Shown here one piece after another: positions 9,119-18,411 of a DNA stretch of 64,000 bases. The stretch comes from an uncultured Gammaproteobacteria bacterium (GTDB lineage: Bacteria; Patescibacteriota; Microgenomatia; UBA8517): assembly GCA_964366085.1 (NCBI GenBank), contig CAYISM010000001.1, forward strand, positions 17,211 to 81,210, read 5' to 3'. The position numbers and the translations under genes are program-made. The stretch's first letter is position 1. The number at the start of each line of letters is the position of its first letter. The notes under the pieces are model-generated. The model saw nothing but the letters and a program-made list of their open reading frames with translations, had not been told where the DNA came from and did no database searches.

Positions 9119-11610
9119 TTTGTTACCAAAGTATATCTTCCTTCTTTAGCTTTGCCAAGAGCGGAGAGTAGCAGACAAACGGATATAAGAGAAAGTAGCG
9201 AAACTATACTAATTTTCAACCCTTTATAAAAAGACTCGGGCTTGTAGGTGAAGAAAATTTCATACACACCTGCTCTAATTGGAACTGCTCTGAAGGCAAA
9301 ATCTGCTCGGTAGATTTTCGTTTCAACACACCCATCAACCCCACTTCGTCCTTCGGACTTCGAGGGGCAAGCATACGCCTTCCACCCTGGATAAAATGTG
9401 TCCGAAACAAAAAGTATTCCATCCTGGCTGCTTTCTGTTTTAATAACACTTTCATTCTCCGAATACTTCCGGTACTCAACTTTTGATACATTTGGCATTC
9501 TTACTACCTTTTCACCATCTAAATTTTCTTCAAGTATTACCTTTTTCCCCAGAGGAAATTCTGGGTCTAATAATTTGTCTATTATCCTATTTTCATCTTT
9601 CTCAATCTCCCAGTCATAAACAATAAATGCCCTGGGCAAAACATTTTTATTTTCTAAAATTGCGACTGATTTATCTTCAAATACCTTTTTAAAACGAACA
9701 TTTTGGAATTCCTCGGGAATTTCCCCGACCTGACTAGGGTTACCCCTATTATCCCTCTTTAATGTTAAGAAATATTTTGTGTTTACTAAATTCATAAGCG
9801 GAGAATAAACATTATCGATAGTTCCATATCTTCCGACTGGATCTGTTCCACTTCTTTGGCTATTGATCGCTGCGATCAACTTTGAAATCCTTAAGGGGTA
9901 AACCGCATCATATCCTTCCAAGGAATCAAGTCCATAGTTCATTCTCATATTAATGGGGATAACCCGAGAACCGGTAATTCTTACTGGTTTTTCTTGGGAT
10001 ATCAAAAAATCAAGAACCGGAGTTTTCGGAAAAACTATATTTCTTGGAGAGAAAGGAGTAAATTTCCAGCCAAACTTAAAAAGCTCGACAATGGCAACGC
10101 CAAAAAGTACTACGAAAAAAATCTTTCTAGAATTTTCTTTTGATTTCCGGGACAGGAAAAAAAATATAGTAACAAGTGTAAATGCACATAAAGGTATCAC
10201 CATGTTTCTTAAGGCAACTGTAAATTTCGGAATACCTCCTTCTGTTAAAATGCCAAGAAAATTAGGATTTATCCTTCCCAGATAAAAATAAACTAAGGAA
10301 TAAATTCCAAAACTGAGTAGAATGATCCCGGAGGGAATAAGCGACTTTAGTCTTATCTTTCCTTTCAAAAAGAGATCCACTCCAAAACCGGCAAGAATAG
10401 CGATCGATAAATTAAATAGTACTAGAGATCTATGGGCGCTTGCTGCGTTAAGCCCAAAAATTCCACTTTTCCAAAGAAAAACCGAGACGGGCGTGGGGAA
10501 GGCGAAAATGAGGCTTACGACAAGTAAGATAAATCCATAAAGAACTTCTCTCTTCTTTTTAACAATAATATATGTGGCCGAGGCGAGACCGAAAGCAACG
10601 ACGCCAACAAAGCCGGTATTGGAAGTATAATCTTGGGGTCCCCAATAATTTTTAGTTGAATGGTTACCAAAAAAATCAGCGGCCAAAAAGGTAATTGTCT
10701 TTGTCCAAGGCAAAAAAGCCCATTCAAATGGATGTGGTTCAACCGTTCTTTGAGATAGGGAAAGTAACTCCGCTCCCGGTAAAATCTGAAAAGCGGCTAA
10801 ACCCAAACCCAAGGTGAAAAATATTCCCAAAAAGGCAGTTTTGTAAATCCAATCCTTCCTTCTCCAAATCCTCACAATCCATAAAATAAAAACTGCCAAA
10901 AGTAAATAAAGAGCAACTTGTGGATATCCCGAAAGGAAAAGTAGTCCCAAAGAAATCGTCATCCCTATGCCACCTAAAATCTTTCCTTCCAAAAGCCATA
11001 TGTCAACAAAAAGAATAATCAGAGGAATAAAAGCAGCCGCTAGAGTATGTCCATTCCACTGGGACCAGATCAGATTAAATCCTGAAAAAGCAAAAACTAC
11101 CCCTCCGAAAATTGCTCCTTTTTTCGAAACTTTCCAATATCTCAGTAAAAAATATGTAAAAGTGGCCGCTAAAAAGTGCTGTAAAATTATTTGAAAACTC
11201 CAGGCGCTTAATTTGTCAAAAATAAAATACACGAAATTTGTCGGAGAAAAAGGAGCCGACTGAAAATTTGCGAGGAGTGGTGTCCCGGCCAGAATGTAGG
11301 AATTCCAAAGAGGAAGCTTTCCACCTTTAAGAAGATCAATTGCTAACATCTGCATTGGATATGTAAAAGAGACAACGTCTGTAGTTAAGGGATTTTTTAC
11401 AGGAACTCCCACGGAATAGCCCCACTTATAATCAAGCCAAGGAAAATAAACTCCAACGACAAAATCTCCGGGTATAGGAACCTGTTTAAGCAGAAAAACT
11501 TTCCAGAAGAAAAGAAAAACAATTCCAACAATTATTAAGTAAGGGAGGAGAAAATTATATGATTTCCAAGATTTCTCTTTCAAATCTCTCATACGAGAAG
11601 TTTTGAGCAT
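9115..11610 (-). CDS. YfhO-family GT-C membrane protein
   Basis: LPLWN.Y...G.PLLAN near the N-terminus, LPRAF, and C-terminal SDTFYPGWKAY..VDG...YRADFAFRAV; true start uncertain. Confidence 0.82.
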   Translation of the reverse strand: MLKTSRMRDLKEKSWKSYNFLLPYLIIVGIVFLFFWKVFLLKQVPIPGDFVVGVYFPWLDYKWGYSVGVPVKNPLTTDVVSFTYPMQMLAIDLLKGGKLPLWNSYILAGTPLLANFQSAPFSPTNFVYFIFDKLSAWSFQIILQHFLAATFTYFLLRYWKVSKKGAIFGGVVFAFSGFNLIWSQWNGHTLAAAFIPLIILFVDIWLLEGKILGGIGMTISLGLLFLSGYPQVALYLLLAVFILWIVRIWRRKDWIYKTAFLGIFFTLGLGLAAFQILPGAELLSLSQRTVEPHPFEWAFLPWTKTITFLAADFFGNHSTKNYWGPQDYTSNTGFVGVVAFGLASATYIIVKKKREVLYGFILLVVSLIFAFPTPVSVFLWKSGIFGLNAASAHRSLVLFNLSIAILAGFGVDLFLKGKIRLKSLIPSGIILLSFGIYSLVYFYLGRINPNFLGILTEGGIPKFTVALRNMVIPLCAFTLVTIFFFLSRKSKENSRKIFFVVLFGVAIVELFKFGWKFTPFSPRNIVFPKTPVLDFLISQEKPVRITGSRVIPINMRMNYGLDSLEGYDAVYPLRISKLIAAINSQRSGTDPVGRYGTIDNVYSPLMNLVNTKYFLTLKRDNRGNPSQVGEIPEEFQNVRFKKVFEDKSVAILENKNVLPRAFIVYDWEIEKDENRIIDKLLDPEFPLGKKVILEENLDGEKVVRMPNVSKVEYRKYSENESVIKTESSQDGILFVSDTFYPGWKAYACPSKSEGRSGVDGCVETKIYRADFAFRAVPIRAGVYEIFFTYKPESFYKGLKISIVSLLSLISVCLLLSALGKAKEGRYTLVTK
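9339..9371. repeat. 33-nt hairpin insertion, family B (encodes ACPSKSEGRSG)
   Basis: Minus strand CTTG-CCCCTC-GAA-GTCC-GAA-GGAC-GAA-GTGGGG; removing it restores GWKAYVDG. Confidence 0.85.
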
Positions 11611-12580
11611 CCTTTCTTGCTTGAGACAAAATTTTTCTGTATAAGGAGTTATCTTTAATAAGCTTTTTGGTCTTGGAAACTAGTTGTGATGTTGAAGACC
11701 AAAGATACCCGTTTATAGAATTTTTGATTATCTCCTTATGGCCACCGGCCGCATACGCAAAGACAGCTGCGCGAGCGGACATTCCCTCCACAACTGATAT
11801 ACCGAAATGTTCAACCTTGCCGGGTTCTTTATTTTCATTTATCTTATACCCTGCCGCCGACCAGAATATTTTCGCCTTGGAATATAGCTCTTTGATTTCT
11901 TTAAAAGATGGGCTTTCTAATATTTTTACAGGATAATATTTAGCTCTATTTTTAAGCTTATCAACAAAAGACGTTCTGCCGACTTCACTGCCTCCCGCTA
12001 AAATCAAGTTCCAATCCTTAAAACCGGAATCATATAGCCTTTTGAATGCAGATAGTAGTACATCTTGTCTTTTTGACTGTTCCAGTTGAGAGAATCGACC
12101 AACATATAAAATAATATTTTCTTTTTTACCTGACTTAAATTTAGAAATATCAACTGGCGGATATAAAACTACACTATCGATTGGATATTCTTTATCAACC
12201 CAACTCTTGGTAAACCTGGAATTAACAATTACTTTATTAATTCTAAAAAACTTCATTCTATTGATAAGACTCTTGCCGTCAACTTTATAAAATGGTCTTT
12301 GAAAATGAAGAATATTTCTCCTGGCAAAAAGAGTTGGAATGCTTCCATCCGAAAGCCAAAAACATAGATCATAACCGTCTCCCCTTTTAATACTGTTTAT
12401 AACTTCTATTCCCTGAAGCTTCAAGCCGAATTTGTCTTCCAGTTTAGATACTACTTCTTTATCTGCCGATTCTAAATCAACACTCCAATTGTGGTCTAAC
12501 AAAACTTTGGCAACAGACATAATATATCTTTCACCACCACCCAACGTCTCTAAGTAAGGACTATATATTGCTGCTTTCAT
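11555..12580 (-). CDS. GT4 (GT-B) glycosyltransferase
   Basis: GGGERY, VGRF, K-R-Q and EHFGISVVEGM motifs; start MKAAIY at 12580. Confidence 0.9.
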   Translation of the reverse strand: MKAAIYSPYLETLGGGERYIMSVAKVLLDHNWSVDLESADKEVVSKLEDKFGLKLQGIEVINSIKRGDGYDLCFWLSDGSIPTLFARRNILHFQRPFYKVDGKSLINRMKFFRINKVIVNSRFTKSWVDKEYPIDSVVLYPPVDISKFKSGKKENIILYVGRFSQLEQSKRQDVLLSAFKRLYDSGFKDWNLILAGGSEVGRTSFVDKLKNRAKYYPVKILESPSFKEIKELYSKAKIFWSAAGYKINENKEPGKVEHFGISVVEGMSARAAVFAYAAGGHKEIIKNSINGYLWSSTSQLVSKTKKLIKDNSLYRKILSQARKDAQNFSYERFEREILEII

Positions 12581-13338
12581 GAATTCCGATTTTTCAATTG
12601 CATTTCCCAAAGTTTTGCGTAAGTCACCATTCTACTAAATATTTGGTAAATTATTTCTATAACTCCTACTGTTCCATCTCTAAATCCCATCTCTAATATG
12701 CCCCTCTTCCAAAATTCTCTCATCGCAACACTAAAAAAACGCCACCATGTCATTTGTGGGTGTCCGGCCTGTAATAACAACTTCGCTTCAATTTCTGACC
12801 ACTCATTAGTTTTGTCTACCATTTCTGTCAACGACCTGTGAGTTATATGAACAAAAGGCTCTTTAAGCTTTCCTATTTCACCCTTAATTTCTGGCTGTTC
12901 GTGCAAATCACCGTGCCATTTTGCCAGCGCCTCTTTTTTAATTAGTCTTAAGACATAATCCGGCCACCAGTCACCATATTTCATCTCATGTCCTAAAAGT
13001 ATATTTCTGCGGGGAATCGCATAAGCAGAGTATTTTTCCTCTTTTCCTATCTTTGAAAGAATTTCTTTTCTTAGAAGAGGAGTGACTCTTTCATCAACGT
13101 CTATATATAAAACCCAAGGACAGTTTGCTTTTTTTGCACCAAAGTTTCTCCAATCGGAAAAAGTTCCCCCTTGGGGGTATTTATATACTTTTGCATCTTT
13201 CTCTTTTGCTATTTTTACAGTGTTGTCGTCTGTCGCGTGATCTACTACAACTATCTCATCTACCCAAGAAACAGAATCAATACATTCTCCAATTAATTCC
13301 TCAGAGTTGATTGCGATAATAATTGCGCTAATTTTCAT
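12577..13338 (-). CDS. GT2 glycosyltransferase (WaaE/KdtX-like)
   Basis: DEIVVVD, RNFG, IDVDER, WPDYVLRL and LHE motifs. Confidence 0.88.
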   Translation of the reverse strand: MKISAIIIAINSEELIGECIDSVSWVDEIVVVDHATDDNTVKIAKEKDAKVYKYPQGGTFSDWRNFGAKKANCPWVLYIDVDERVTPLLRKEILSKIGKEEKYSAYAIPRRNILLGHEMKYGDWWPDYVLRLIKKEALAKWHGDLHEQPEIKGEIGKLKEPFVHITHRSLTEMVDKTNEWSEIEAKLLLQAGHPQMTWWRFFSVAMREFWKRGILEMGFRDGTVGVIEIIYQIFSRMVTYAKLWEMQLKNRNS

Positions 13339-13341
13339 TGT

Positions 13342-14259
13342 TTACCCACCTCTGGTGGGCCAGCTTCCTTTTCCAAAGTTACACAAATAAAAATCTATAA
13401 CTCCAATTTTCTGCCATTTTCTCCCATTGAGTAATAATTTTACACTTTCTTTAATTAGAGCAAATTTTGTATGCATTGGTGCGTATTTAATACCAAAAAG
13501 CAAGCGGTTCCTAGTTGTGTAGTAATCGTTTAATTCGCTTCCAATCGCTGAACTTTGGCTTACCTTATGCCAAAGAGTTGCTTTTGGAACAAACCATACT
13601 TTGTAACCGGTTTTTTTGGCCCTCAAAGATAAATCAACGTCTTCAAGATATAAATAATACCTTTCATCAAAAAATTCTACCTTCTTAAACATTTCGCTTC
13701 TTATAAACATGCAAGCTCCTGTGGCAAAATCGATCTCCTTAACTTTGTTAAATTGTCCACGATCAATTTCATCGACGCCATGATTTGATCCATATACATT
13801 TTTCCAGTCCATATCTCCTCCTGCATACCAAATAACTTTTCCTATTTCACTTTTTTTATATCTGTTTTTATGGAACTCAAACCCACGCGCAAAATACATC
13901 TTTGGAGAAAAAATCCCTCCATCAAGATCCTTCTCTGCCGCCTCAACTAATCGAACAACTAAGTTTTCGTGAGCTATTGTGTCGTTGTTTATAATCAAAA
14001 CGTAATCAGCGCCTTTGTCTAAAGCGTATCTTATCCCAATATTATTTCCTCCGGCATAACCTAAATTCCTTTTATTTTCGATTAGAGTAACACCCGATAA
14101 TCTTTCAAGTTTCTCAATCTCGTCGGGCTTCGAGCCGTTATCCACAATAACTATGTTTAGTTGAGAATCTTCAAGCCTCATCTTTTTAAGGAATTTCACA
14201 CAGCCTATGGTGTCATCCGCTCCATTCCAATTAAGAACCACAGCGAAGATTTTAATCAT
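13342..14259 (-). CDS. GT2 glycosyltransferase (rhamnosyltransferase-like)
   Basis: VLNWNG, VDNGS, NLGYAGGNN, NND, TGAC and YLEDVDL motifs. Confidence 0.88.
   Translation of the reverse strand: MIKIFAVVLNWNGADDTIGCVKFLKKMRLEDSQLNIVIVDNGSKPDEIEKLERLSGVTLIENKRNLGYAGGNNIGIRYALDKGADYVLIINNDTIAHENLVVRLVEAAEKDLDGGIFSPKMYFARGFEFHKNRYKKSEIGKVIWYAGGDMDWKNVYGSNHGVDEIDRGQFNKVKEIDFATGACMFIRSEMFKKVEFFDERYYLYLEDVDLSLRAKKTGYKVWFVPKATLWHKVSQSSAIGSELNDYYTTRNRLLFGIKYAPMHTKFALIKESVKLLLNGRKWQKIGVIDFYLCNFGKGSWPTRGG
13345..13359. repeat. 15-nt hairpin, family A (encodes PTRGG immediately before the stop)
   Basis: CCCACC-TCT-GGTGGG with perfect arms. Confidence 0.6.
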
Positions 14260-15179
14260 GGAAGTTTAAATTTCCTCTTAATTCTTGCCTTAATACCACC
14301 GCCATTTTTGAGCTCGGTGTCTGCTTCCCAATAATGAAAGTCCGATTCTGATTTTTTCAATCTATCTATAATTTCCAATACATTCAAATCTTCTTCCTCA
14401 AAATCGGCTAATTGCCAAATCTTAAGATACAAAACCAATTCAGAAAACGCCTGGAGTAAGGACAATGCTAAACCATGTAATCCGTCTTTGTATCCTTCAC
14501 CAAAAAAGTATCTACTCAAGAATTCGTCTGTCGGTTTTTTAATCAAATCAACCCAAGAAAACTTATATCCTTTCTCTATAATTATTTTGGCGTGCTCTGA
14601 GGTATATCTATTAAGACGGTCTATATATTGTTCCAAAGAATCGTAATGAAAATGAACTATCGACAACTCTTCTTCGGAGGGCAAATCTTTGCCCTTTCCC
14701 TGTGTCATTGGAACAGAGTGTATAACTTCATTCCAAATAACAAATCCTTTTTGGAAAAAACGAATATTGTAATCAGGCCACCAGCGAGAGTGTTTCATCC
14801 ACTTTTTGAAAATAATGTTTTTCCTAGGAATTCGATAATAGTCGGCATCACTCTTCTTTACCAGTTCTTTTATTTTTTTTGCAAGAGTCATCGGAACTTC
14901 CTCATCAGCATCAAGAATGAAAATCCATTCTCCTGTCGCCTTAGAAATGGCAAAATTCCGAGCTGGTTCAACATATCCAACTCTTTTGTATTCATAAACT
15001 TTGGCTCCAAACTTTTTAGCAATATCTCTCGTTTTATCACTTGACATCATATCAACCACAACAATTTCATCTGAAAAATCCCTGACAGAAACGATAGCCC
15101 TTTGAAGATTTTTTTCTTCGTTTAAAGTATTTATTACGGTTGAAATCTTACTCACAATCTTAATTTTACCACCTACCAA
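14256..15179 (-). CDS. GT2 glycosyltransferase (WaaE/KdtX-like)
   Basis: NEEKN, DEIVVVD, ARNFA, LDADE and WPDY motifs; paralogue of 12577. Confidence 0.88.
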   Translation of the reverse strand: MVGGKIKIVSKISTVINTLNEEKNLQRAIVSVRDFSDEIVVVDMMSSDKTRDIAKKFGAKVYEYKRVGYVEPARNFAISKATGEWIFILDADEEVPMTLAKKIKELVKKSDADYYRIPRKNIIFKKWMKHSRWWPDYNIRFFQKGFVIWNEVIHSVPMTQGKGKDLPSEEELSIVHFHYDSLEQYIDRLNRYTSEHAKIIIEKGYKFSWVDLIKKPTDEFLSRYFFGEGYKDGLHGLALSLLQAFSELVLYLKIWQLADFEEEDLNVLEIIDRLKKSESDFHYWEADTELKNGGGIKARIKRKFKLP

Positions 15180-15201
15180 TCATTTATTCCTAAAGTTTAA
15201 G

Positions 15202-16965
15202 TCAAATTACTTTATATAGGTCAACATTACTATTTTCGAAGATCTTCTCAACTCCAAGCTGGGTCTCACCCAATTTGGCTCTTTGTCCTTTTAACCAATA
15301 GATATAAGTAATGTTGTTATTTTTAAGAAACGCTCTTGCCTCTGTTTGATCTAAACTATTTAAGAATGATTCTACAGCCTTCTTGCGATCTTTCCACTCA
15401 TATTGGGTAATATCCAAATTTACTTCATCCTCTAAAAAAGTAGGCTTGTTTGAAAAAGCTGAAACGTAAGCTGTTGACTCATAGAGATACAAAGGCCTTG
15501 GAGGATTTGGTTCGGCCTCTTTTGCTTTTATTCGATCGAAAGGATGGGTAAGAATAGTACCATTGGGTTGTTTTGAAAGAAAGTTAAGCGCTGAAAGTTC
15601 CTCTTTTGAAATCATCGCCGGTGGTCTGGATGGCAGATAGTGTGGAAGGGTTCCGATAGTCGTTGGAATAGTAAGTAGAACAATTCCCACTTCAATACTA
15701 TATAGTATTGAAGTTTTTAGCCTCGATTCTCGCAAAAATTCGCCGATTGCGACTCCGGCTAAGATCCCAGAAAAGAAAAGAGAGTAATAAAAAAATTGGA
15801 TTGTGTTCCAGGAAGTGCCTTTCTGTAAAAAAAACATTGGTATTAAAGTTCCAGCAGCGATCATTGAGAAAATAAATACATCAATGAAAGAGAGATCTGA
15901 AAATTTTCTCTTCCCGGCACCACTCACTAGCCACCAACCACTAGATACCAAGCGAGTTCCCATATTGCCTACCCAAAATATTGCAAAGGCAATTAAGTAA
16001 GTTGGCACTGCTTTAATCCACATACCTCCCATGCGGTATGTGGTCATTGCCGAAAAGTATCTTATCCATCCGATCCTATCCGTCAGACCCATCATTGTTT
16101 CCAAAAACCAAAAAGGTTGAAAAATGATTAAACTTTGTGCGCCCCTGTTAAAGAAGAGAAATAAAACCAACGATACTGCGACCGATCCAATAAGTACCTT
16201 CACTACACTACTACGTAGTGGTGTAGTGAACAAAAGGGTCCATATTGTAGCTACAAATAAACCAAGAAGTACTAAAATCCCAGCATAAGCTTTTACCTCA
16301 ATTAATATCCCAAAGAAAAACGTAGCAAGTACTAAATAGTATGTAGTATGAGATTTAATATATTTTAAAAGGAAGATTAACCCCAAAAGAATAAATATTA
16401 AAGAAAGTGCAAATGGCGGATTAATTAATGTAGAGATTGCTTGTTGCGACCAAAACATCGACTCCCCACTCAAATTTCCGTTTCTTAAGAGATTTACTAT
16501 CCAACCAAAACTACCTCCAAAATAAGTAAAAAAAACGGCCCAAAAGGCTTGAACCTTGGATTTCCTCCATATAAAGACAAATTTATAGGTTAGTATTCCT
16601 ATAAGAAGAGCCAGAATTGGTGGAATTATTTGAAAATACAATAAGTTAATTGGCAAATTTGTTAATTTGTTAATTAGTGCAAGTAGTAAATCGAAAACGA
16701 TGTGGTAATTCTTCAGCCCCTCACCGGCAAAGGTAGGCATTTCAAAACTTCCACGAGCAAGGCTTTGCGCCAAAGCAATATGCCAAACACCGTCGTGACC
16801 ATTAGGTCCCCAAAATCCCATCCCGTAAGGATAAATTATGCCGCTTTTGACCATGGTAACTGACCATGTCAGTACTCCAAAAAGCAAGAGAATTATTAAC
16901 TTTTTATTTAGAGAAAATCGCTGAAATGCCTTTTTTAACATCCGTAAATAATGAAAGCCCAACAA
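15202..16965 (-). CDS. GT-C-like polytopic membrane protein
   Basis: Multi-TM; N-terminal loop GHDG..H; C-terminal FLKNNNITYIY...KIFENS.V.LYKV typical of GT-C/STT3-like tails; start uncertain. Confidence 0.65.
   Translation of the reverse strand: MLGFHYLRMLKKAFQRFSLNKKLIILLLFGVLTWSVTMVKSGIIYPYGMGFWGPNGHDGVWHIALAQSLARGSFEMPTFAGEGLKNYHIVFDLLLALINKLTNLPINLLYFQIIPPILALLIGILTYKFVFIWRKSKVQAFWAVFFTYFGGSFGWIVNLLRNGNLSGESMFWSQQAISTLINPPFALSLIFILLGLIFLLKYIKSHTTYYLVLATFFFGILIEVKAYAGILVLLGLFVATIWTLLFTTPLRSSVVKVLIGSVAVSLVLFLFFNRGAQSLIIFQPFWFLETMMGLTDRIGWIRYFSAMTTYRMGGMWIKAVPTYLIAFAIFWVGNMGTRLVSSGWWLVSGAGKRKFSDLSFIDVFIFSMIAAGTLIPMFFLQKGTSWNTIQFFYYSLFFSGILAGVAIGEFLRESRLKTSILYSIEVGIVLLTIPTTIGTLPHYLPSRPPAMISKEELSALNFLSKQPNGTILTHPFDRIKAKEAEPNPPRPLYLYESTAYVSAFSNKPTFLEDEVNLDITQYEWKDRKKAVESFLNSLDQTEARAFLKNNNITYIYWLKGQRAKLGETQLGVEKIFENSNVDLYKVI
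15689..15714. repeat. Perfect 26-bp palindrome inside a CDS (encodes TSILYSIEV)
   Basis: ACTTCAATACTAT|ATAGTATTGAAGT. Confidence 0.9.
15921..15948. repeat. Degenerate heptamer array (encodes VSSGWWLVS)
   Basis: cactcac tagccac caaccac tagatac. Confidence 0.6.
16199..16230. repeat. 32-bp palindrome with one G:T mismatch inside a CDS (encodes FTTPLRSSVVK)
   Basis: TTCACTACACTACTAC|GTAGTGGTGTAGTGAA. Confidence 0.9.
16322..16349. repeat. Degenerate heptamer array (encodes HTTYYLVLAT)
   Basis: gtagcaa gtactaa atagtat gtagtat. Confidence 0.65.
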
Positions 16966-18400
16966 GAACTAAGACTGCTAAGAAATAAACAACTGCCCCG
17001 ACTAAAATCATTATCCAAAGGGAATAAGTCGTAACCGGTAAGAACATTCTCAACATAAGAAGGGTAATACCCATGAACATCGCCGCAAGAGCTGTCTTGC
17101 CTGCAGACTCAAAGAAAGAAAAATCTACATATTTCTTGGCAACAACGATTGCCACAATCGAACTTGATCCGACCAGTGCGTACCCGATCGAGGCCCCAAT
17201 TACACCGAATTTAAAAGACAGAAAAGGAATTAAAACCAGTGTAAGGACTGTCCACATGATCATAAGCTTGAATGTTACTTTTATTTTGCCTATGGCGTTT
17301 AGTACATTTGTTAACTGCGTCGTTACCGATGCGAATATCGTATCAATGGAAACTATAGCTAAGGGAATGAGTGCCGGAGTCCATTTGTAATATTTAGGTA
17401 TTACACTAATCAGGACAGGAGAGAGAATTGTAAGACCGACAACCGACGGGAAAACCAGGAATGTAATGAAAAAGATTGATCTTGTAACGATTCTTTTTAA
17501 GTGATCCTGACTATCTTGCATTCTGGAAAATGCCGGAAATGTGACTTTTGTGACATTGTCCATAAAAAATCTCAGAGGGTACTGGGAAAGTCTTCTAGCG
17601 GTACCCAAAATTCCCACCCCAAATGGTCCCAGAATGGTCCCTAAGGCGATAGTCATTCCATCATCCTTCAAAACGGCTAAGAAAGTATTAAGCTGGTACG
17701 GAAGCCCAAATCTTAACAGCTCACGAAGTGAAGACCTGGAAAAATGCAATCCCGGTTTCCAGGGCTTAAGAATATAAATAGCCACAAGACCGATAATCCC
17801 TCTAATCAAAACCGCATATGTAAAACTAGTTATGCCGAACCCACGCCACGCAAAAAATACAACCGCTATATTATAAAAAAACGTTTCCAATACTTGAGGT
17901 AAAACAAACTTCCCGAATTCCAGTTTTCTCTCAAGTAGTACCGATGGAATACTCTTTAGAGAAGACATAAAAAACGAGATTCCTAAAGCGTAAAGAAGTA
18001 TCTGTCCTTCTTGAGTCAGGGAATTTACTTTTGCAAGAATCGGACTAACGATAAATAGAATCAGAAGCAAAAATAAAACTAATGCTTGCTGAACCGTAAA
18101 AGTTGTTTTCAGGTCCTCGTCACTCGGCTCTTCTTTCTTTTGAATAAGCGCCGCGGCAAGACCTATATCACTAAAGTAACTCAAAAAATTTATGATTGCC
18201 GATACTATCCAAAATATCCCAAACTCTTCCGGCGACAAGTATGCCCAAAGAAATCCCTGTGCGACAAGTGTAACCACATTGAGGACTAAAGTACGGCCGG
18301 TAAGGGCAAGTACTCCCCTGACGGAGCGACTCTTAACTGTTTCCAGGGCAATCTCGTTGGTTGGATCTAAATGTTCTTCTTCTTGCTCCACGCTTATCAT
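16904..18400 (-). CDS. wzx: Wzx/PST-family polysaccharide flippase
   Basis: LSPEEFG, DIGLAAALIQ and VTFPAFSR motifs; about 12-14 TM. Confidence 0.88.
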   Translation of the reverse strand: MISVEQEEEHLDPTNEIALETVKSRSVRGVLALTGRTLVLNVVTLVAQGFLWAYLSPEEFGIFWIVSAIINFLSYFSDIGLAAALIQKKEEPSDEDLKTTFTVQQALVLFLLLILFIVSPILAKVNSLTQEGQILLYALGISFFMSSLKSIPSVLLERKLEFGKFVLPQVLETFFYNIAVVFFAWRGFGITSFTYAVLIRGIIGLVAIYILKPWKPGLHFSRSSLRELLRFGLPYQLNTFLAVLKDDGMTIALGTILGPFGVGILGTARRLSQYPLRFFMDNVTKVTFPAFSRMQDSQDHLKRIVTRSIFFITFLVFPSVVGLTILSPVLISVIPKYYKWTPALIPLAIVSIDTIFASVTTQLTNVLNAIGKIKVTFKLMIMWTVLTLVLIPFLSFKFGVIGASIGYALVGSSSIVAIVVAKKYVDFSFFESAGKTALAAMFMGITLLMLRMFLPVTTYSLWIMILVGAVVYFLAVLVLVGLSLFTDVKKGISAIFSK

Positions 18401-18411
18401 TTTAGCAAAAA

